A stretch of 64,000 bases of DNA. Source: an uncultured delta proteobacterium (GTDB taxonomy: Bacteria; Desulfobacterota; Binatia; UBA9968). This document shows, one piece after another, positions 22,330 through 31,610 of this stretch (positions within the stretch are counted from its first letter, which is position 1; every line of letters begins with the position of its first letter). Where the stretch lies: assembly GCA_963771465.1 (NCBI GenBank), contig CAVYTU010000014.1:928001-992000 (forward strand). The letters run 5' to 3'. The position numbers and the translations under genes were made by a program. The notes beneath the pieces are model-generated. The model was given only the letters and a program-made list of their open reading frames with translations. It had not been told where the DNA came from and searched no databases.

Positions 22330-22773
22330 ATCTTTCTCCCCGTCAGTTTATGACAGCCCGCATTTTGAATTTTCTAGTCGGCGCTTTGGATCACCTTGTA
22401 AAGCTGTTTGCGGGCTGTCTGTCAGACTGGCCTAAGTTTACTAACTTCCTGGCAGTGTTTGTATAGCGCTGCGCAAAATCCCCTCGCGCGCGCCGGTGCC
22501 GCCGCCGGCAATTTCAGCGAAGTTGGAAAATTTCGTTCCAGTGCTTCTCGTACTTGGGATAATTTTTTGTATCATCCGCTGAAAGCTTATAGGTTTTCGC
22601 CGGGAGAATTTTCTCGACCTTCTTTTGTGATGCCTGTTCGATAAAGTCCAGGGCCCGATCTTGGCGGACTGGTCCGTATGCTATCTCAGCCCCATGGTCA
22701 CAGCAAAAGGCCTTGTAATCGCGGCGTTGTTCGGCCTATTTTTTGGTTGTCGGTCTAAAACTTCTCTGGAGGT

Positions 22774-23616
22774 GTGAATATGCCACGCTATCTCGTTTTG
22801 GCCAATCAAACCGCCGCGAGCCCGGAGCTGACCAGCGCAGTTCGGGAGATCGTGGCAAACGACGCAGATACGGAATTTGTCTTGCTGGTTCCCGCCACAC
22901 CGGTAGAAGATCTCCTCGATTGGCAGGACGGCGATAGTGAAACGATCGCGCAGCGCACCGCTCAAGCGGCAAAAGGTCATCTAGCGGGAGTGGGTGCGAA
23001 AGTCGCGCGCACGGAAGTGGGTGACGCTTCGCCTGTAAAAGCAATCGAGAACGAGTTGGAACAGCACCAAGAAAAATATGACGGCATCATCATCTCCACT
23101 CTACCGCTGCAAAGGTCACGCTGGGTGGCTCTCGACCAGCCCCGGCGCATCGAGCGCCGCTTCAAAGTGCCGGTCCGACACGTGGTAGGCCATTCGGTTA
23201 CTATGACCAGGGAGGATCTCATAAACGGTCTGAATGAAGATCTCAACCTTGAGCTCGAGGCGCTCCTGAGGAGCGTGTATCACGCCGCCGCCGGTCGCGG
23301 CATGCTCGGCCACGAGCTTCGCGAGTTACTGAAAAAGGAGCTCCCGGGCGAGCTTGACCACGCTACGTTTCTCGCCGATAAGATCGTGGCGCTCGGCGGC
23401 GAAGTGCGTATCCGGCCGGCCATGCCCGCAGAATTTGGCGCTGCCCGGGAGCTTTTGCAGCAGAATATTGCCGCCGAACGGAAGATCATAAACAATTACA
23501 CGAGACGGATCGATCAGGCGGCGGAGTTTGGCGACAAAGGTCTGGCGATACGCTTGGAGAATATGCTGGCATCGGAAACTGATCACCTCGAGCAACTCGA
23601 ACGTCTGGGACGCTAG
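22774..23616 (+). CDS. USP-like domain fused to a ferritin/bacterioferritin-like domain
   Basis: N-part RYLVLANQT..FVLLVPATP..IIISTLP..SRW; C-part LNEDLNLE..ELDHA..LGG..ERKI..ETDH. Confidence 0.75.
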   Translation: MNMPRYLVLANQTAASPELTSAVREIVANDADTEFVLLVPATPVEDLLDWQDGDSETIAQRTAQAAKGHLAGVGAKVARTEVGDASPVKAIENELEQHQEKYDGIIISTLPLQRSRWVALDQPRRIERRFKVPVRHVVGHSVTMTREDLINGLNEDLNLELEALLRSVYHAAAGRGMLGHELRELLKKELPGELDHATFLADKIVALGGEVRIRPAMPAEFGAARELLQQNIAAERKIINNYTRRIDQAAEFGDKGLAIRLENMLASETDHLEQLERLGR

Positions 23617-23767
23617 TGCGCCGGACCGCTCACGTCGAACTTTGAGGACTGAACGCAGCGGAGGGCGCGGTCCGCGTGGCAGGCGTGCGGGCTGCTTGTC
23701 AGACGGGCCTAAGGTTACTAACTTCCTGGGAGTGTGTTCCGCGGAGAAAACAAGCCCGTTTTTCGGC

Positions 23768-24796
23768 TTAGTCTCGCAGCACCGCATTCATCCGCGCGAT
23801 GACCTCCGGCGGCTGGGTAACCACCTCGCGCGCCAGGGCTTGAAGCTTCTCGCCGCTCACAGGGTCCGGTTCCCAGCGACGCTTTTCCGCCTCGGCCAAA
23901 AGCTCGGGATCTTTCATCACCTTCAAAAAACTGTCGCGCAGAATTTTGACCCGATCAGCGGGGATCGTCGGACCGCCTACGATCGGCCGGCCGAACGGAC
24001 CGGGCGAGAGCAGAACGGTCGCGAGCCGTTTACCGGCCTCGGGTGTTTTATGTTTTTCCATCGCTTCCCAGATCGTTGGCACGTCCGCTGCCCGCGGATC
24101 GCGCTTTGACCCGCCGATGACAAGTATTCGGACGAATCCGTTTTTCGCCCAGGTGCGGCCCGGTTCCCTGCCGAAAAATGCGCTGGTCGTGCCGGCGCGG
24201 CATTGGACTTCGCCTTTCTCGATGGCGAGGTCGATGTCGTTCGCTCCGGGGTAACCTGCCACCAGGTTGAACTTCAGCGCGAGAACTTCTTCCAGGAGCC
24301 GCGGAAAATAGTGGCCGGGCGTGCCGGTGCCGGTGGTGCCGCACTTGGGCGGCGTCGATGCCTGGCGAATATCATCGAAAGTTTTGAAAGGCGTGTCGGA
24401 ACGCATGGAAAGCATTTCGCTGGTTTCCTCGGGCGTGCCGATCCAGGCGAACTTTGCCCAGTCGAACTTGGCTTCTTTTTGACCGCCGAGTTGGTTGAAA
24501 AACAGCGCGGGGGCGATCAAGCCCAGGGTGAGCCCATCGCCTTTTTCGACTCCATAGATGTAATTAGCCGCGACCATGGTGGCGGCGCCGGGCATATTTT
24601 GCACGATGAAATTCGGATTGCCTGGAATGTACTTGCCCCAAAACCGCGCGATCGCCCGCGCCCAAAGATCGTTGGTGCCGCCGGCGGAGTAGCCGATCAA
24701 CAGTCTGACCGTTTTACCCTTGTAAAAATCAGCTTGAGCGCCGGCGCTCGTGCTGCCGATGGACAAAAGCAATAGAGCGAAAAGAAATGTTCTCAT
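23768..24796 (-). CDS. Bug/TctC tripartite tricarboxylate transporter substrate-binding protein
   Basis: FYKGKTV..GYSAGGTND..IPGNP..VQNMPGA..DGLT. Confidence 0.9.
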   Translation of the reverse strand: MRTFLFALLLLSIGSTSAGAQADFYKGKTVRLLIGYSAGGTNDLWARAIARFWGKYIPGNPNFIVQNMPGAATMVAANYIYGVEKGDGLTLGLIAPALFFNQLGGQKEAKFDWAKFAWIGTPEETSEMLSMRSDTPFKTFDDIRQASTPPKCGTTGTGTPGHYFPRLLEEVLALKFNLVAGYPGANDIDLAIEKGEVQCRAGTTSAFFGREPGRTWAKNGFVRILVIGGSKRDPRAADVPTIWEAMEKHKTPEAGKRLATVLLSPGPFGRPIVGGPTIPADRVKILRDSFLKVMKDPELLAEAEKRRWEPDPVSGEKLQALAREVVTQPPEVIARMNAVLRD

Positions 24797-24912
24797 TGTC
24801 TGAGTTCCTTTCGTTACGTGGATTGCGGCCATTGACCCAAACCCAGGTCCCCTGCCCAAGGGCACGTATAATTCATGCCGGCAGGAAGTCAACACCGCCA
24901 ACGAAAAATTGA

Positions 24913-25150
24913 GAGTCAGACTTTTACTTCTAGACTTTCTTGCTTTTTGTTTCGTTCATCCCGCACAGACACTTTTGAATTCAACTCCACAACTTCTTGC
25001 TGCGATCGCCGCGCCGTCGCGCAGCTTGGCCCAGGCGATTTACGGATGAACGCGGCAGCGGTCGGTGCCGGCGATGACGTTTTCTCGGTCGACGATTTCA
25101 GCAAACGTAATGATACGATCGGCTACCAGTTCCAGGATGCTCGACGAGTT
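24913..25150 (-). pseudogene. Longest copy of the cobalamin-independent methionine synthase II-like (MetE-like) 3' end, plus REP-like motif
   Basis: Minus strand reads LVEHP/ELVADRIITFAEIVDRENVIAGTD..RVHP.IAWAKL..DGAAIA..KKLWS*. Confidence 0.8.
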
Positions 25151-25289
25151 TCGCGGTGAGTTTGCCTAGATCACGGTAAGTCAACGACCGGCAGAGCATC
25201 GTCGTTGACTTGGCCACCCCTTCAAAGCTATTGGAGGCGGTGACGCTTTTCGCAATATCTGTTCTTGAAACTTCAAGGAGGTAGCAGAA

Positions 25290-26594
25290 ATGAACTCATG
25301 GCGAGTTTTACCCGCGGTGTATTTACTGTGTCTTGCATCTAGCGTTGCCGTCGCCTTTGGGCAGAGCAACCCAACCTATATTCAATTTTCCCCCGCTGAA
25401 GTGAAGGGAGCGCTCTACAAACCCGACTCCGGGCCGGCGCCGCATGTTGGGATACTCGTGACGCATCGTACCTCGAATGTCATGGGAAGCTTGACCTGCA
25501 CCGAGCTAGCAAAGAGAGGATTCGCGGTTCTCTGCTTGAACCCAAGATCCGATAACAACGAAGCTCTGGTCAGATGGGAGAGCATCGCTCTAGACGTGCG
25601 GTCGGGAGTGAATTTCCTGAGAAAACAACCGGGCATCACGAAAGTTTTGCTTCTGGGAGGGAGCGGTGGAGGGCCGACAATGAGCTTCTATCAGGCGGTG
25701 GCGGAGCGCGGTCCTTCGTACTGCCAGGGTCCCAACAAACTTGTTCAATGTAGCGGCGAGCTTGCCAATCTCCCGCGGGCCGACGGGATCATCTTCAGAG
25801 ATGCGCATCCAGGAAATCCGGTGAACGGCATCAGGAGTCTGAACCCCGCAATCGTGAACGAGGGGCAACCTGGTCAAAAAAATCCTGAGTTGGATCCGTT
25901 CAACCCCGAGAACGGCTACAACCCCAAGGGACCATCGAAATATTCCGAGGCATTCAAGAAAAAATACTTCAAGGCGCAAGCAGACCGGATGAACAAACTG
26001 ATCGACGACGCTTTGCGCAAGGTGGCGCTGATGAAAGAAGGCAAATACCATTATCCCGATGACGATGTCTTTGTTGTCGTCGGAGGGGGCGGAGCGCGAC
26101 TCATGGAGCTCGACTTGAGTATTCATCACGGCACGATACAGCCGCAGAAATTGCTGAAGAACGACGGCGGCATCGTAACCGAGGTCGTGCACAGCGTTCG
26201 GCGCGCCAATCCAGCGCTCGCGAAAGAAAGCGCGACTTTCGAGAATGGGGCGCGGTTATTGACGGTACGATCTTTTCTCAGCGCCAATGCGACAAGAGCC
26301 GCGGATTCCATGGACGGAATCGATGATTGCTCCACCAACAACTCGACGCCATGCGCCCTGCGCAATATTTCTGTTCCGGTGCTCATTGCCGCCATGGGGG
26401 CGCACTATTTTATACGGGACAACGAGATCCATTACGAAGTAGCCGCCAGCTCGGACAAAGATTTCATCGTGATAGAAGGCGCAACGCACGGAATCACGCC
26501 GTGCGTCCGGTGCGAACAATCGCCGGGGCAATATTCGAACAGCGTGAAGAACTTTTTTGATTACGTGGCGAAATGGATTAACGCCCGGTTTTGA
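25290..26594 (+). CDS. Secreted alpha/beta-hydrolase-fold protein
   Basis: Signal peptide; LGGSGGG elbow, VPVLIAAMG, IEGATHG; GGAGG RBS. Confidence 0.8.
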   Translation: MNSWRVLPAVYLLCLASSVAVAFGQSNPTYIQFSPAEVKGALYKPDSGPAPHVGILVTHRTSNVMGSLTCTELAKRGFAVLCLNPRSDNNEALVRWESIALDVRSGVNFLRKQPGITKVLLLGGSGGGPTMSFYQAVAERGPSYCQGPNKLVQCSGELANLPRADGIIFRDAHPGNPVNGIRSLNPAIVNEGQPGQKNPELDPFNPENGYNPKGPSKYSEAFKKKYFKAQADRMNKLIDDALRKVALMKEGKYHYPDDDVFVVVGGGGARLMELDLSIHHGTIQPQKLLKNDGGIVTEVVHSVRRANPALAKESATFENGARLLTVRSFLSANATRAADSMDGIDDCSTNNSTPCALRNISVPVLIAAMGAHYFIRDNEIHYEVAASSDKDFIVIEGATHGITPCVRCEQSPGQYSNSVKNFFDYVAKWINARF

Positions 26595-26679
26595 TAGCAT
26601 GGGAAGAACAGCGTCGTGGCGAGGTTTGCATGTACGCCAACGGCATCAATTTGCGAAAGGATGAGTGCGAGGTTCTAGG

Positions 26680-26856
26680 TTTCGGGGTCACACGAGTTTC
26701 GCACAGTTTCGGGGTCACGCACAGTTTCGGGGTCAGGTCTTTACTTTTGACATTCGTGGTTACTTAAAATCTGCAATAGAAAATCTCGCGGAGCCCACGC
26801 ATCTACACCCTCGGTGCCGGCGTTACGATTTCGGTCAAGAGTAAAAATACGACCCT
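26680..26856. repeat. Three TTTCGGGGTCA reiterations plus an inverted REP-like pair (REPIN-like)
   Basis: GGGGTCA at 26684, 26711 and 26729 (last: GGGGTCAGGTCTTTACTTTTGACATT); inverted partner ggtcaagagtaaaaatacgaccct at 26833-26856. Confidence 0.85.
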
Positions 26857-26879
26857 TAACGTGTCCATCATGACGATTA

Positions 26880-27566
26880 TTACTTTGCTTGAACGAGCGC
26901 AAAAGCTTCATGCGCTTCCGACAGGAACTTTTTGACTTTCTCACGGCTCTTGCGGCCGATGGCGTCTTCGACGCCGGTGTGGGAGTCGACTCCGGCCGGG
27001 CGTACTTCCAGAATCGCTCGCCTGACGTTCTCCGCGGTCAGGCCGCCAGCGAGAATGATCGGGCGAGGGGAAAGTTCCACCAGGCGCCGGCTCACGCGCC
27101 AGTCGTGAGTCTTGCCGGTGGCGCCCGATGCGCCGGTTTTTGGATCGAAGGTGTCGGTGATAAACGCATCGACGAAAGGCGATAACTCTCTCAGCATCGC
27201 TTCGAGAGCCTGGTCGTCGCGCATGCCGACGACCAGACTTTTGATCACGGTCAAGTTCGGATCGAGAGTTTTCAAGTGCGTCAGCTCATCTTGGTCGATG
27301 TCGCCGTGAAGCTGCACGATCCGGGCACCGAGTGCATGACAGAAGGCGGCGATCTTGCTCGCCTCGGAGAGATACGTGATCAGCACGCCGAATACCGGCG
27401 GCGCCAGGTTCTTGATGATCGCCGCCGCCTCTTCCTCGGTGAGATCTTCGCGGTGAACCGGCAGCCGCAGGGGAAATCCCAAATAGCGAACGCCGCATTG
27501 CTGAAGCATTTGCGCTTCGGCGGCGTCGATCACCCCGGCAATCTGGACTAAATTCTCTTCGAGCAT
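26880..27566 (-). CDS. trpF: Phosphoribosylanthranilate isomerase, orphan
   Basis: VQIAG, VQLHG, DT..GATGKTHDW, ILAGGLTAENV, GVDSHTGVE. Confidence 0.85.
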   Translation of the reverse strand: MLEENLVQIAGVIDAAEAQMLQQCGVRYLGFPLRLPVHREDLTEEEAAAIIKNLAPPVFGVLITYLSEASKIAAFCHALGARIVQLHGDIDQDELTHLKTLDPNLTVIKSLVVGMRDDQALEAMLRELSPFVDAFITDTFDPKTGASGATGKTHDWRVSRRLVELSPRPIILAGGLTAENVRRAILEVRPAGVDSHTGVEDAIGRKSREKVKKFLSEAHEAFALVQAK

Positions 27567-27586
27567 GAATCTATTGAGGAAACCAA

Positions 27587-27762
27587 GGGTCATACTTTTT
27601 GCTTCTAGACTTTTCTCGCTTTTTTGTTTCGTTCATACCTCACAGACACTTTTCAATTCAACGCCGCAACTCCTTGCTCGCGATCGCCGCGCCGTCGCGC
27701 AAAGCGCGCAGCTTGACCTATGCGATTTGCGGATGGACGCGGTCGCTTAGGCCGCAGTCGGT
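27587..27762. repeat. REP-like motif plus MetE-like 3'-end repeat
   Basis: gggtcatacttttt..ctagac..tcaacgccgcaactccttgctcgcgatcgccgcgccgtcgcgc..gcagtcggt. Confidence 0.85.
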
Positions 27763-28010
27763 TGGATCAAATCTTTACCATATAAACTGGTCCTACTCGC
27801 AACTGATTGACTGCACAAATTTACTCGAGGCTGCTCCAAGATAAGGATAAGAGACCGACGAAAATCCGAAACATCAAATTACCAGACTTGACCCTGATGG
27901 TTTCACTGCCGTATACGAGAGCGAGGAAGGTGGCAAAAGTAACAAACATTCTGACGTGCGTATTAATTGAATCTTTAAAAGGCCGAGAAAATGACTGAGG
28001 AGTTTATTTT

Positions 28011-29135
28011 ATGAAGGTTAAGTTCGTGACGGCCGGGTTTGTGTTTTGCGCGTTAGCCCTAGGAGTGTTGGCCGACAGCGCGGGTGCGGCGACGGCGTCA
28101 AGCGCAGAACTGGCTAAAGCGAAGAAAGAAGCCGAGTCCAGAGGGTACGTTTTCTATGCTAACCGGGACGAGATCGTTGCCAAGGCGAAAGCGGAAGGTC
28201 GCGTGCGGGTGTTGAGTAATATGGACCCGGACAATATCGATGCGCTGCGCAAAGCTTTCATGAAGCAGTACCCGTTCATTGACGCGCGCGCGGAGAGGAT
28301 TGCCGGGGTTGACGGCGGGCAACGCTTTGCGCTCGAACTGCAGGCCGGGAGAAGCAACTGGGACGTGTTTGAAGTCGCGCAAGAATTGTATCAGGACTTC
28401 CTGCCGCACCTTAAGAAATTCGATATCCTGGGGATGGCAAAGCAGGGAGTGCTCCAGATCCCCGGCGAAATTATTGATCCGACAAACCGTAACGTCATCA
28501 GTCTTGCCAGCACGATTTACAGCCTCTCGTATAACAAGAACCTGATCGCCCCGGACAGGGTGCCCAACCGGTGGGAAGATTTCCTCAGGCCCGAATTCAA
28601 GGGCCGAAAATTCATGGCCGAAATTCGCCCGACAGGGATGGCAACCCTGGCGGCCGGGCTCGGCGAAGAATGGATGTTGGATTATGCGCGCAAGCTCAAA
28701 GATCAGGACCCGGTCTGGGCGCGCGGCATCAGCCGTGCAATTGTCGCGATCACGACCGGCGAACAGTCCATGCTGCATTTGTCTTACTATCACTCGTGTA
28801 TACGGGCAAAACGAAAAGACATCTCCAAGTCGCTGGAGTGTAAGCTGATCGAGCCGGTGCCGGTGCGCACCCAGGAAATGACCACGATTGCGCAGGTCTC
28901 GCCCTATGCGCACGCAGCGCTACTGTGGCTCGAGTTCCAAATCTCGCCGGCGGCGCAGACGATTATCGAGAGCCTCGAGCCTAAAACATCGGTCTTTGTG
29001 GCCGGCTCCGAAGCGGCTAGAGTGACGCAGGGAAAGAAACTGGCGGTGAATAGCTGGGACACTCTGCCGAACAGCAACAAGTGGGAGAAGAATGCGCTCA
29101 ACGCTTTCGGTCTTCCCCAGGCGATTTTGAAATAA
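28011..29135 (+). CDS. ABC extracellular solute-binding protein (KGY..AKKEG paralog family)
   Basis: Signal peptide; KKFDILGMAKQGVL, PEFKGRKF, ALLWLEF. Confidence 0.88.
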   Translation: MKVKFVTAGFVFCALALGVLADSAGAATASSAELAKAKKEAESRGYVFYANRDEIVAKAKAEGRVRVLSNMDPDNIDALRKAFMKQYPFIDARAERIAGVDGGQRFALELQAGRSNWDVFEVAQELYQDFLPHLKKFDILGMAKQGVLQIPGEIIDPTNRNVISLASTIYSLSYNKNLIAPDRVPNRWEDFLRPEFKGRKFMAEIRPTGMATLAAGLGEEWMLDYARKLKDQDPVWARGISRAIVAITTGEQSMLHLSYYHSCIRAKRKDISKSLECKLIEPVPVRTQEMTTIAQVSPYAHAALLWLEFQISPAAQTIIESLEPKTSVFVAGSEAARVTQGKKLAVNSWDTLPNSNKWEKNALNAFGLPQAILK

Positions 29136-29261
29136 CGCGGGTTTCTGGCTGCTGACACCGGTGTATGGACTTCAAAGTACGTTACGAGCACACGGGTGCC
29201 AGAGCAATGAAAAGAAATAGGGCTTACCCGAGATAGTTGCGCAATGAAAGGAGACCAGCCT

Positions 29262-30323
29262 ATGAAAAAGCCCCAATGCATCGCTGCGCTCGCAGTGATT
29301 ATTTTGGCTGGACTGATACTGATGCCCGCCCTTGCTGATGCTCAGGCGAATTTCTACGAAGGCAAAACCATCACACTGATTCAATCGAGCGAGGGAGGTG
29401 GAACCGGCGACCTGCGAGTTAAGGCGGTGATCCCCTTCCTGCGCAAGTACATTGCCGGCAACCCCCACATTTTGTCGGAGTACATGCCCGGGGGAGGAGG
29501 GCGCAAAGCGGGCAACTACATGTTCGCCTCGGCTCGCCCGGATGGGCTGACCGTAGGTCACGTGGGAGGCGTTGTGGCCAACGCCATTCAGGGCCAGGCA
29601 GGGGTGCAGTACGACGTGGACAAGTTTATTTACTTGGGCGCCCCGAACACCGCGAGCCACTACGTCTTCGTGAGCCGCGGCGAACTCGGCCTCAACTCGC
29701 TTGAGAAACTGCGCGCCCACGCCGGCCTCCGCGTCGGCGCCCATGCCGTAGGCCATTTCGTTTACATAACCGGCCGATTGTTTACTTGGCTCATCGGACT
29801 CAGAGAGCCGCGCTTTGTGACCGGCTACTCGGGAACAGAGCTGGACCTAAACCTGCTTCGGGGAGAGATCGACTCGCGCGCCAACATCGCCGATACCGTG
29901 CTGCAACGCGGCGCCGATTCACTGACCAAAGGCTTGGTCAACGTCCACGCCATCTTGGAAATTCCCAAGGGGGATAAGCACCCCCATTCCCGTTTCGCAT
30001 CCCTGCCGGAGATCGAGAGCTTCGCCCGGAGTGACAAGGAGAGCAAGGTCCTGAGCATGTTCCGCGCATTTCGCCTCGTCGGCTCTCCCTACCTTCTCCC
30101 TCCCGGCACGCCCCAGGAGCGGGCGGAGATTCTGAGAGAGGCATTCCGCAAAACGTTTCGAGATCCGGAGTTCCACAAGGAGTACAGAAAGCTCACAGGC
30201 GACGACGCCACGCCGCTGCTGCCTGAGGGGATGCAAAAGGCCGTCAGGGAGTTGCCCAGGGAGCGCGAGATCGTGGATATTTTCCAGAAGATTGCAGGCG
30301 CTGACGCTCTTCCGCCGCGGTGA
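29262..30323 (+). CDS. Bug/TctC family substrate-binding protein
   Basis: FYEGKTI..GGTGD..GNP..MPGGGG..PDGLT. Confidence 0.88.
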   Translation: MKKPQCIAALAVIILAGLILMPALADAQANFYEGKTITLIQSSEGGGTGDLRVKAVIPFLRKYIAGNPHILSEYMPGGGGRKAGNYMFASARPDGLTVGHVGGVVANAIQGQAGVQYDVDKFIYLGAPNTASHYVFVSRGELGLNSLEKLRAHAGLRVGAHAVGHFVYITGRLFTWLIGLREPRFVTGYSGTELDLNLLRGEIDSRANIADTVLQRGADSLTKGLVNVHAILEIPKGDKHPHSRFASLPEIESFARSDKESKVLSMFRAFRLVGSPYLLPPGTPQERAEILREAFRKTFRDPEFHKEYRKLTGDDATPLLPEGMQKAVRELPREREIVDIFQKIAGADALPPR

Positions 30324-30330
30324 AAAAATC

Positions 30331-30410
30331 GGGTCGGACTTTTACTTCTAGACTTCTTGCTTTTTGTTTCGTTCGGCCCGCACAAGCACTTTTCAATTTA
30401 ACGCTCGCCA
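30331..30410. repeat. REP-like motif plus shortest copy of the MetE-like downstream repeat
   Basis: gggtcggacttttacttctagacttcttgctttttgtttcgttc..cacttttcaatt. Confidence 0.8.
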
Positions 30411-30434
30411 ACAACAACTGGTGTGGAGGTATTT

Positions 30435-31586
30435 ATGATTGGCTACGGATTGATTTCGGCCGATTCTCACGCAAATGAAGTTGCTGCAACCTGGGAGCGA
30501 GTCCGCCGCAAATACGGCGACCGGGCTCCGCAAATACTGTGGAATCCGAGCGCAGAGGAACCCGGTCCTTACCTGTCAATTCCGGAGTGGGATACGAGCC
30601 TGGAAGGCCATAACCGCGAATCCTGCGCGATGGAGTTCGTCGGCATGGTGATCGGCGGGCTCGGCATAGGCAGCGTTGTCGGTCGTACTTCGGGGAAAGC
30701 CGCCGAATTTCGCAAAAAATTCCGCTTCGAAGACTGGCCAGGGCCGTGGGAGCCCAACTCCCGGCTCAAAGACATGGACCGCGACGGAATCGATGCGGAT
30801 ATTATTTACGCCAGTCATCTGCGCCACATTTACGGGCTAAGCGTCAAGGACGAGCCTTTCTTTCGCGCCATCGCGCAGTCGTACAATGATTGGTTGATGG
30901 AGTACTGTAGCGTTGACCCTAAACGGCTCATCGGCCTGCCGGTGCTTTCCATTCTCGACGTTCAAGGCGCAGTGCAAGATTTAACCGACTACAGCAAGCG
31001 GGGGGCTAAGGGATTCATGATTGCATCGTCGACACCGCTCGGCAGTAGCTACGGCGACAGAAAGTTCGACCCCCTATGGGCGGCGGCGCAGGACGCCGAC
31101 ACCCCGCTCTCCCTGCATACGACGACCGGCGCATGGAAAAAAGCCAAGTTCCATCATCCGCGGGTTCGCACTTCGATCCGCGGCGAGGGTGAAATTCAAA
31201 CGTCACTTCTCGAGATGATTTACGGCGGTGTTTTCGATCGCTTTCCTCGGTTAAAGATTGTTGCCGCGGAGTGGGACATCGGCTGGGTCGCCCATATGGT
31301 AGGTAAATTCAAAGACCATGATCCGAAAACCGGACTCCAATTGGCTCCCGCCGAGTATTTCCGCCGTAACATTTGGTTCACATTCGAGAACGACCGCGCT
31401 GGAGTGTTGACCACCCCGCTGTACGGTGCGGAGCGCTTTTTATGGGCGAGCGACTATCCACATGGCAATACCACATGGCCGGATTCCAAACAGATTGTCG
31501 AACAGCAGTTTGAAGGGATCTCGGACGAAATCAAACGTAAACTCACGCGCCAGAATGCCATCGATCTGTACAAGCTGGAATTCTGA
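30435..31586 (+). CDS. Amidohydrolase family protein (amidohydro_2)
   Basis: ISADSH, DMDRDGID, SLH, FDRFPRLK, WASDYPH. Confidence 0.9.
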   Translation: MIGYGLISADSHANEVAATWERVRRKYGDRAPQILWNPSAEEPGPYLSIPEWDTSLEGHNRESCAMEFVGMVIGGLGIGSVVGRTSGKAAEFRKKFRFEDWPGPWEPNSRLKDMDRDGIDADIIYASHLRHIYGLSVKDEPFFRAIAQSYNDWLMEYCSVDPKRLIGLPVLSILDVQGAVQDLTDYSKRGAKGFMIASSTPLGSSYGDRKFDPLWAAAQDADTPLSLHTTTGAWKKAKFHHPRVRTSIRGEGEIQTSLLEMIYGGVFDRFPRLKIVAAEWDIGWVAHMVGKFKDHDPKTGLQLAPAEYFRRNIWFTFENDRAGVLTTPLYGAERFLWASDYPHGNTTWPDSKQIVEQQFEGISDEIKRKLTRQNAIDLYKLEF

Positions 31587-31610
31587 TCGTAGTATTGGCG
31601 AGCTTAGGTC

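Larger units (their letters stand above)
21244..23735 (+). repeat. Three direct copies of a ~37-bp repeat separating single genes
   Basis: Consensus gtcagRcKKgcctaagKYtactaacttYctRgSagtg at about 21244, 22421 and 23698. Confidence 0.8.
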
